From assembly GCA_963665815.1 (NCBI GenBank), contig OY762463.1, positions 1,056,001 through 1,120,000 of the forward strand: a stretch of 64,000 nt of DNA, written 5' to 3'. This document shows, in pieces, positions 58,201 through 64,000 of the stretch. Position numbers and translations under genes: made by a program. A model generated the notes under the pieces. The model saw only the letters and a list, made by a program, of their open reading frames with translations. It was not told where the DNA came from and searched no databases. Within the stretch, counting starts at the first letter, position 1. Each line of letters opens with the position of its first letter. Source of the stretch: Candidatus Cloacimonadales bacterium (GTDB taxonomy: Bacteria; Cloacimonadota; Cloacimonadia; Cloacimonadales; JAIOQZ01).

Positions 58201-59211
58201 GAAAGAGACCTGAGATATTCCCATGTAATGTCCATTACTTATATCGGCAATCCCTGCATCACAAAATGAATCAGATACAAAGTTTGTAGCAACATCAAAA
58301 GAATACTCCATATTTCCGTTGTTATCACCATAAGACCAGGCTTGAAAGTATATTGTTTCATTACCCAGCATAGTAAAGTTAACAGCTTCATTATTTCCGA
58401 AATAAAGAACTTCCCCACCACCGGTCAGAACATCACCTTCGGAATAAGTTGTTCCATCTACAGGAGTACCAAATGTAGAACTTGTGGACCATGCAACCAG
58501 AACATCATCATTGTTAGCATTGTTGCTCCATGTAAGTTCTGTATCATATGGATTCAAGTAAGATGCAGTAAATCCTGTAGGTACTGACACAGATGATACT
58601 GAACTGTTAAATGATATATTATCGAGATACAAGTCAGGACCGTAACCTGAATAAGCATGAAATCTCACATATATTGTCTGATTATCATAAGCTGACAAGT
58701 CTACATTTGCTGTCGTGAATGATCCTGGAGAAGTGTTTCCGGCACCATCATTAGATTCAAAAGCAGTACCTGTTCTGGTCCAGACCGTTGTCCAGTTTGA
58801 CATGTCTGTTGAAACCTGAACATCAAGCCTGTCATTGGGATATGATGAATGATAATGGTGAGACCAGTCAAAATCAAGTGTTGAGTATGTGCCGAGTATA
58901 ATATCGGTTGAAGTCATATCAGAGAAATATCCCTCTGACCATCCCCAGAAATTTGCATAGGCGATACCACCGCTTGAATCTTCGTCCCAGTCATAATCTC
59001 CGGTAATTGTCCAGTCAGACAATGGCCATGAAGAAAAATCTTCAGTCCATGGGAATGTTGTTATTGTTCTAGTTGTCAATGTTTGCATTGAACTTTGCCC
59101 TGTGTCCCTGTTTGGTGGAGCTACCGGTTGTTTTCCCAACAGTTCATCGGTAACTTGTGCAGAGAGCAGGAAAATTGAAATTACAAAAATTAATGTTATT
59201 ACTTTTTTCAT
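52276..59211 (-). CDS. Giant secreted adhesin-like protein (GEVED, MAM, FN3-like, Ig-like, C-terminal dockerin-like module)
   Basis: Signal peptide; GEVEDY; two GP..(G)DHT..G.Y.YTEAS MAM units; C-terminal YLQGPY...HRNHL...D.NFDG.V..SD. Confidence 0.85.
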   Translation of the reverse strand: MKKVITLIFVISIFLLSAQVTDELLGKQPVAPPNRDTGQSSMQTLTTRTITTFPWTEDFSSWPLSDWTITGDYDWDEDSSGGIAYANFWGWSEGYFSDMTSTDIILGTYSTLDFDWSHHYHSSYPNDRLDVQVSTDMSNWTTVWTRTGTAFESNDGAGNTSPGSFTTANVDLSAYDNQTIYVRFHAYSGYGPDLYLDNISFNSSVSSVSVPTGFTASYLNPYDTELTWSNNANNDDVLVAWSTSSTFGTPVDGTTYSEGDVLTGGGEVLYFGNNEAVNFTMLGNETIYFQAWSYGDNNGNMEYSFDVATNFVSDSFCDAGIADISNGHYMGISQVSFNGISNSTGSTESDSYTNYSRQFSTTVEKGQTYSISINGWGYNQGFEVWCDWDQSGTFDSTERNALGSGAVINVTDNITVPSTANTGIVMMRVRSNYSSYSGTPCGTTSYGEVEDYALEVFVPITPEAPTNLYPADYAADVDVNGTLTWDFGDRTETYDLWFGPQGNMVQAVTGATAGTSGSYSYTNLNFTTDYEWQIVLHNTQTTATTSSPVYTFTTTTNYPSVPANPVPADMAQYQPIDLTLTWDFGSLSETYDLWFGSSGNMTEVVTGATVGTTGSYQLTGLSGDTEYQWQVVSHNAYSRMTTQGPVWTFRTRQATAIAAPYTESFDSNTLPTGWVQSTNDDDDWTVQYGSTSSTGTGPSGDHTGSGYYIYTEASGSVYYKDFIISTPVIDLSPTSAPMLKFWNHMYGTYMGILRVSIYDVTTGTEDSNIWSVSGNQGSSWIQRTVDLSAWDGHEVIITFWATTGSSYESDICIDDITINGVTPDATFEDSPADGETAVAVSGDLSWYQADYAAGYKLYLGTDYPPTDIVNGQDLGDVLTYAYSGLRANTVHYWKIVPYNNNGEPASVPVWSFTTDYGPVTTFPWTEDFDGGGLPTAFVQPTDDDANWSFGTYTSSTDTGPQSGDHTSGNGYFAYTEASGNNYMAFHMITPTLDISALNNPGFEFWYHMYGYEMGTLNLDVYNVDTDTWDNDIMAQLSGDYGDIWLPMSVDLTPWQGYRIKVRFRAYTGSGYHSDICIDDIRVRAITPPATTPVSPTIGEADVARTGTLSWNSVNTADGYKLYFGSDSDGTTNPTNIANGIDIGNVTSYNFNRLEHNTTYYWKVVPYNNAGDAENTVVWSFSTLFEQMRYLDFEETFENGLPDYLTTTVPGNGVLEVSDLTASGGSYSLKSGSTDFYGAENQVEIEFEPYTGTGTVQLSFMYKFDAPGAFPMYFNVDVYDGTWHNDYFTRGSGAFDWAEESMALTGFNLNSGYKIRFRIYNNYDTSLSAIYLDDIRVTDTQPEIFVDQTALQFGDIPYGYTTDEQTVTVNAEYLSDQIVITAPQGYEMALSSFAGSPTPETTINIDHDGTGTVTETTVYIRFAPDAAQNFDSTIDFNSTGAFTQSVNVTGNGLAVPALTIDDSQFQNLFPNVNIGNVSDSSIIVVNAQDLTDSLLVTIPDGYEISEQGGIYTTGSFYIAPDANGDISTLLYVRFAPQTASIFAGSVEFSADYVTTENVAVRGRALGAASISLSAIDGDFGDVYVGSESSIRQYTISAVNLTSDVQINIPSGFDLVENAATTALSSTASGYSLYSTVSTGRTNSKTSKNTSSVNHTRVSDGVLVFTPDSLGVLSQKTLDLKFIPTAAQVYAGDIEHTADYAATEIISVTGTGIPVPNIVIPQDLQYFVADVNASTIKSYRLRAYDATGDVNVTTDSNCYLISTDYSTGYTQSIDVTPVNGLVDQTVYVKFTPNVNSTFTAQFVHSTNGAANQTLTVNGYGNADGSPEFTAFYSRMYMITNTSFILEWAASNNTDNTNYEVKISTEPDFNTTEQIVNLDGTFNQYEFTGLSNPFYYAMIVATNASGTSYSDAVKVYLNENADNSAGEIIPAFEATAGDTAATVVVSSFSANPMGIRMAVMENQKHMDIPDGYEQYVVNRVLSVMPVQNNGSLFTTFNYYYSDAEVGNLDETNLRLYRYQNGAWYKVANSLITCYPDENRVSAIATTTYSDWILYDETNGEMPTITKIYSKMNVYLQGPYDSSTQMMDTALNQYLPLTSPYDTESVDEMPQDVVDWIYVELRSTASGSTITGKSMLLHSDGTVTASDGDTPWFNINAGAYFVVIKHRNHLNIMSRTSHTFYTDAYTQSTIDLTTSNMTYTTGTSNLGVCQVETGVFGMAAGDIVDDGSIVSSDNTEWKIAFSAGVSDGYNIQDINFDGSVLSSDNTLWAANFQAGQADSQVPDNSTTAASTFSKKETLRSRRVIESQKQIKKLSK

Positions 59212-59237
59212 AATTATCCTCTTCTCATTTATTTTTT

Positions 59238-60539
59238 TTAATTAAATACACCTTCTTCCTTAAGAGTGTCGCATATTTCTTTCAGTTTATACTTTTCTGC
59301 GAATTTCAGCGGAGTCCAGCCATTACTGTCTTTAGCTTTTACATCCGCTCCTTTATCAATTAATATTTTAGCCAATTCGCTGTTTCCACTTTGAATGGCT
59401 ATCATTAAAGCTGTCTGTTCGTCCTCTGTTTTAACATCGATTTGGGCTCCTTTTTCAATAAGCACAACACTGACATCATGAAGTTTTGCCCTTGCAGCAA
59501 GCATTAAAGGAGTCCATCCGTTTTTGGAGATAGTATTAATATCAGCACCTTTTTCAATAAGCTGCATGGACAAATCGTGAAGACCTTTTTCCAGACTCAT
59601 CATTAATGCATTATACCCATAATCATCAGTATGATGTATCTCAGCATTGTTTCTAACCAACTCTTCAGCAACAATTGTATCTTTAATTGCTATTGCCTGC
59701 ATCAGAGGATTCCAGTCATTTTTGTTAAATTTGTCAATATTGCAACCGGCTTTGATCAGCCTGATCGCCTTGTCTGTCAGTTTAAAGCGTAAAGCTATAT
59801 GTAAGGCGGTATCACCGTCATTATTTGTTAGATTAAGATTAGCTCCCTGATTTATAAAATAATCAAAATATTCTGATTGATTAATCTGAATTGTCATCAT
59901 GAGAGGTGTCCAGCCAAGATTCATCTGAATATCCAGATCTGCCCCATTTTCAACCAGTGCCTTTACAACTTCATCGTTAATATTCTCAACTGCATACATT
60001 ATTGCGGTTCTTCCATCATTGGAAGTAAGATTAACATTTGCATTTCTTTTAATCATAGCAAGAGCCGGTTCATTTAAATCAAGAGCAATTGCATGCATAA
60101 GAGCAGTCCATTTGTTATAATCCTGACGATCAAGCTCAATGCCACTATCGATTAATTTTAATGCTAAATCTGTATAACCTTTGTCAAGAGCAATAAATAA
60201 TGCATTCCATTGGTTATTGTTAGCTATATTCAGATCAGCACCCTTAGCAATTAACAAATCAACTATTTCCGGAAGATTCCTTTCTACTGCCATCATTAAT
60301 GCTGTCCAACCGTTCCCATCGACAATATTCACATCAAATTCAAAATACTTCATATAAGTTCTGGCATTCTGAACTCGAGAATCATTTATAGCGTTTGTGA
60401 GGTTTATCCAGTTCTTGTCATACTCAATAGTAGGTTTGATTTTCTCTTTTCTCTGTACGGATTTAGCTGGTGTTGCACAACTGACAACTGCAAATAAAAC
60501 ATATAAAAAAACAAAACATTTAACAGAACTCTTGATCAT
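59238..60539 (-). CDS. Ankyrin-repeat lipoprotein
   Basis: Lipobox VVSC; about 11 G.T(P/A)L..A.....L...GA..N repeats. Confidence 0.92.
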   Translation of the reverse strand: MIKSSVKCFVFLYVLFAVVSCATPAKSVQRKEKIKPTIEYDKNWINLTNAINDSRVQNARTYMKYFEFDVNIVDGNGWTALMMAVERNLPEIVDLLIAKGADLNIANNNQWNALFIALDKGYTDLALKLIDSGIELDRQDYNKWTALMHAIALDLNEPALAMIKRNANVNLTSNDGRTAIMYAVENINDEVVKALVENGADLDIQMNLGWTPLMMTIQINQSEYFDYFINQGANLNLTNNDGDTALHIALRFKLTDKAIRLIKAGCNIDKFNKNDWNPLMQAIAIKDTIVAEELVRNNAEIHHTDDYGYNALMMSLEKGLHDLSMQLIEKGADINTISKNGWTPLMLAARAKLHDVSVVLIEKGAQIDVKTEDEQTALMIAIQSGNSELAKILIDKGADVKAKDSNGWTPLKFAEKYKLKEICDTLKEEGVFN

Positions 60540-60666
60540 ATCCTCTCCTTGGCTTCATTTTTACTTCAGTATAACAACTTGTTAATGATTTATCCATTTT
60601 AGTCAACATAAAATTGTTCAAAATATATACTAATCTACGAATATTGCCCTGTTACATAATACAATG

Positions 60667-61935
60667 TTATAAATATTTCTTTAAAAACTCCAGATCATTA
60701 TTTCTTGAGTTCAAAACAATTGCATTGACACTAATTAGCATATTGTAAAAAGGTTGAAGTCTTTTGATTACATTTTCCATAATAAGCTGTTCCCTGCTGC
60801 TTATACTTTTTATGATATCACGAAGTGAAAATTTACCGTTCAAATGACTTATGAATTCTTTATATAAAGAATCATTCTTGATTTTCAGAACCATACCGGA
60901 TATCGTTTTCAACTCAATAATCCTGCCAGAACCGGATAAGGTATCTGATAAAAGCTGCCTGTACTGATTAAACAGCAATGGAATGTTTTCAACATTATTC
61001 AGATTCACTCCAACATGCTTCTTCATAGAAACATAAAATCCATGAGTTTTTATCCTGCATGACAGCAATTCTGCTACTGCGTATTTCTGAAACTCAGACA
61101 TTTCATTTAATGAGCTGAGAAGTTCTCTATTTCCTATATGAAACTCTGGATAATAACTGAGTTTTTTGTCTTCCGGGAAATCGACAAAATTCAGCCCGTT
61201 TTTCTCCATTAAGTTCAATATTTCGTCAATTCTGTATGCTCTGTCCTGTGAATGAAGAAACATATCATAATATCCACTGTCACCGTAAATCTCGAAATCT
61301 TCGTTATCTTCTTTCAGCAGAGAGAATAGATTTGATTCAGGCAGATCATTCACAACAGCTTTTGTAAGCTCTACTTTGTTCTCCTCGTTATGAGCAGATT
61401 GCCTCAAGAGTCTCATCAATTCCTGTATAACATATACTCCGGTTCTACCGGAATTTGCATAAACCATAATTCCCGCACAACCATCAGGTTTCAGCATCTG
61501 TTTGATAACTTTTACTCCACCTGCCGGATCCTCAAGATGATGAAGAACACCGACACAGTTCACGTAATCAAACAATCCAAGATTAAGTTTCGGGACATTG
61601 AATATCGAATCGTTAAAAAATTTTATATTATTAAGATTCCGTTCCAGAGCTCTTGCTTTGCATATCTCAATGCTTTTTTCACTAAGATCAACATGAATGA
61701 CTTCTCCATTAACCGGTTTCAATTGCTCTGCCAGAAAAATGGTTGCATCACCTGTACCTCCACCCAGCACAAGACATCTGAAGTTTCTGAAGTCTTGACT
61801 TCCTGCATAACAAAAATGATTCAATCTTAATAAATTATCCGGGACTGTAAAAATCAGGCGTTTTCTTTCATCTTCAGGTTCTCTTGGAGGATACGGAAAT
61901 TCTTCATACTGTTTTCTAACTTTCTTCAGATACAT
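60667..61935 (-). CDS. Class I SAM-dependent methyltransferase
   Basis: QYE.FPYP, VLGGGTGD, FDYV.C.GVLHHL.DP. Confidence 0.88.
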   Translation of the reverse strand: MYLKKVRKQYEEFPYPPREPEDERKRLIFTVPDNLLRLNHFCYAGSQDFRNFRCLVLGGGTGDATIFLAEQLKPVNGEVIHVDLSEKSIEICKARALERNLNNIKFFNDSIFNVPKLNLGLFDYVNCVGVLHHLEDPAGGVKVIKQMLKPDGCAGIMVYANSGRTGVYVIQELMRLLRQSAHNEENKVELTKAVVNDLPESNLFSLLKEDNEDFEIYGDSGYYDMFLHSQDRAYRIDEILNLMEKNGLNFVDFPEDKKLSYYPEFHIGNRELLSSLNEMSEFQKYAVAELLSCRIKTHGFYVSMKKHVGVNLNNVENIPLLFNQYRQLLSDTLSGSGRIIELKTISGMVLKIKNDSLYKEFISHLNGKFSLRDIIKSISSREQLIMENVIKRLQPFYNMLISVNAIVLNSRNNDLEFLKKYL

Positions 61936-62102
61936 GCTCTGTCCTTTTAATTTATTGCCAGTTAAATAATCATTACTGCCTCATGATAGTAAAGGAAATT
62001 TTTCAATAACTTTAAAAATACTATCAATTTATTACTTGACTTAAACTTAGTGGAATAAATCCTGTGTTTTCATATAAACAGGTAATTTACAAGGAGAATA
62101 TA

Positions 62103-62264
62103 ATGGCTAAGAATAATCGCGGAAAGTCTTTGAGAACATTACCGGGTAACGGTAGAGGTACTTGCCCGAATTGCGGACGTACCGGCGCAAAGCTTTTATG
62201 GGAAAATAAAAAAGAAGATAAAACTATAAAAGTCTGCAAAAGATGCAGAAACATTAAATTGTAG
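62103..62264 (+). CDS. Small basic zinc-ribbon protein (53 aa)
   Basis: AGGAG RBS; GRGTCPNC...VCKRC; followed by a terminator. Confidence 0.8.
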   Translation: MAKNNRGKSLRTLPGNGRGTCPNCGRTGAKLLWENKKEDKTIKVCKRCRNIKL

Positions 62265-62286
62265 TTCCATATAACTTTCTTTTTCA

Positions 62287-62313
62287 GGCTTCTGTTTTCA
62301 GAAGCTTTTTTTT
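62287..62313 (+). terminator. Rho-independent terminator
   Basis: gcttctg-tttt-cagaagc followed by T8. Confidence 0.85.
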
Positions 62314-62772
62314 ATTCACAATTTCATACTATCAGCATTCAATACCATGGATATTGAGAATAAAATTCAAGATCATTACATAACAACAGTTCTGGATCAA
62401 AAGTATAACGAGATTTTTGGATTCATCAAGAAAACTTCTTCAAGATAATTATTTTGAGTCAGATTTTGGTGAATTCTAAAATCAATCCAACTTGTATGCA
62501 TTCATTAGAAAGTATGAGAAAGCCCAGTGTGTTTTCATTAGATTATACGAAAAGACTACTCCATTTTCCATAAACCTCATTTGTGTTAACATTTCTTAAC
62601 AATATCAGAAAATGCTATCTCTAAACAATATTTATTTTGTTATTTCCCTTACATTTACAACCCAGAATCACTTTTTTTTGAAATTAATTTTGTCTAACCC
62701 ATCTTTTATTTTCTATTAACAGTAGAGACTATAAGTATTGCGAGATTAATTAAAAATTAAATCGGAGGAATA

Positions 62773-64000
62773 ATGAAAAAATCATTATCAATACTTATTT
62801 TACTTTCTCTTATTGCTTTACTTTCTGCCGGTGAATACCCAAAGGTAAAAGTCGGTGGACGTGTTATGGCTCAGTATTCCTGGGGAAACAATCTCAAAGA
62901 TTTCGCAGCTTATTCTGACTCTACAAACAACGACAAAAAATCTCTTGGTGAGATGAGAGTCGATTTAAAATTCTCTACAAAAGTATCTGAAAACATCTCA
63001 ACTAAAATTGCAACAAGACTTGAAGGAAAGACCAAAGGTGATAAATATGTTGAAATGGGTGGATCCGACACAGAAGACAAAATAAAAGATGCAACATTTA
63101 AACTTCAAGAAGCTTATGTAAAAGTAGATAAGCTTTTCGGTAAAGATTTTCTTTCCATGACTGCCGGTAGAAGAGCTCTTGCTTATGGAAAAGAAAACGT
63201 GCTTGGTGTATCTGACAGGTGCGATGGCTTCACTTTCTCATTAAAGAAAGATAATTTCTGGGCAGATCTTCATTATTGGGTAAAAGAAGAATTTGATACA
63301 TCACAAGATAATGGTGCTGACTTTGACGAATGGGATGACGTTGATGCAGATCACGATGAAATTGTATGGGGTACTGTAATTGGTGCTGATAAGCTCATGG
63401 ACAAGATCAATGGACACGCTTATTTCCTCAGAAGAGCTGAAAACCAATACGATGGACCTGACAAAGATCCTATTAAGGATGCTATTAACGTATTTGGCTT
63501 CTATTCAGATGCGAAACTCTTTGACGGTAAGTTAAATCCTTATCTTGAAATGGCAGTTCAATCAGGCTCAAATGACGCAGACTCATGTGATTACTCCGGA
63601 ATGCTCCTTGACTTTGGAGCAACATTTAATCATAAAATTGACGGAGCAGGAAAATTCGATGCAGAATTTGAATATTTCAGAGTTTCCGGACAGGATGATT
63701 CAGAAGATAAAACATACTGGCAAGGTATCGGTTACGGTAACAGAGAAGAAGGTTACCTTTATACATATCACAAAGACGCAAAAATCCTCAAAGATAAAAA
63801 CATAACTAATTCAAAAGGCGCAGGAATGCAAATGATTAAGCTTTGTGCTGGGTTTGCTCCTGAAGCAGTAAAAAATCTTCATGTTAAATTAGCATACTTC
63901 ATGTTTGGCGACACATCAAGTGACCAGACAGTAGAAATTGACGGAACAGATAAAGAAGTATCAGGTGAAAACATAGTTAGCGAAATGAATTTTGTAGTAA
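62773..64000 (+). CDS. Porin-like beta-barrel, paralog of 47545..48909; runs off the window end and is absent from the ORF track
   Basis: GGAGG RBS; MKKSLSIL...AGEYPKV..GR, NNDK, KLQEAYV, PYLE.A.Q.G.NDA, SGEN shared with the other porin. Confidence 0.85.
   Translation, partial: MKKSLSILILLSLIALLSAGEYPKVKVGGRVMAQYSWGNNLKDFAAYSDSTNNDKKSLGEMRVDLKFSTKVSENISTKIATRLEGKTKGDKYVEMGGSDTEDKIKDATFKLQEAYVKVDKLFGKDFLSMTAGRRALAYGKENVLGVSDRCDGFTFSLKKDNFWADLHYWVKEEFDTSQDNGADFDEWDDVDADHDEIVWGTVIGADKLMDKINGHAYFLRRAENQYDGPDKDPIKDAINVFGFYSDAKLFDGKLNPYLEMAVQSGSNDADSCDYSGMLLDFGATFNHKIDGAGKFDAEFEYFRVSGQDDSEDKTYWQGIGYGNREEGYLYTYHKDAKILKDKNITNSKGAGMQMIKLCAGFAPEAVKNLHVKLAYFMFGDTSSDQTVEIDGTDKEVSGENIVSEMNFVV

Noticed and set aside
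22435-61830. Numerous 60-180 aa ORFs antisense or out of frame within long genes
   Set aside because: Shadow ORFs of well-supported genes, with no independent signals.
62684-62697. TTAA-N6-CTAA upstream of the last porin as a fourth DtxR-type box
   Set aside because: One mismatch in an 8-base AT-rich motif is not distinguishable from chance.

Overview
AT-rich bacterial chromosomal window, probably FCB-group and most like Candidatus Cloacimonadota (inferred from many secreted proteins ending in a YPNPFNP/FlgD-Ig sorting-type domain, plus a standard RpoD). Most of it is core or envelope genes: nfeD-SPFH, an ECF sigma/anti-sigma/PDZ unit, a ROK kinase, a C10 protease, an extended dtxR-feoA/feoB iron operon, the rpsU-cvpA-mutS2-dnaG-rpoD-tRNA-Ile2 cluster, a PlpD-like patatin, hflX, a sensor kinase, two paralogous porins, a K+ channel/cNMP-binding/GGDEF trio and a 2311-aa MAM adhesin. 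The most unusual element is at 2095-2791: a ~192-bp tandem array in which each unit carries a near-synonymous variant of the last codons and terminator of the adjacent gene, joined at an inverted-repeat core. It looks like repeated integration of a miniature att-only element, next to an AT-rich island with an Rhs remnant. Other leads: a divergent pair of gap-free 148-aa unknown paralogs (one with an RNxxxH motif), three mosaic lipoprotein paralogs, a nested FeoA start inside the DtxR-FeoA fusion, and a histidine kinase lacking ATPase motifs. All calls come from reading motifs by eye; no searches were run.
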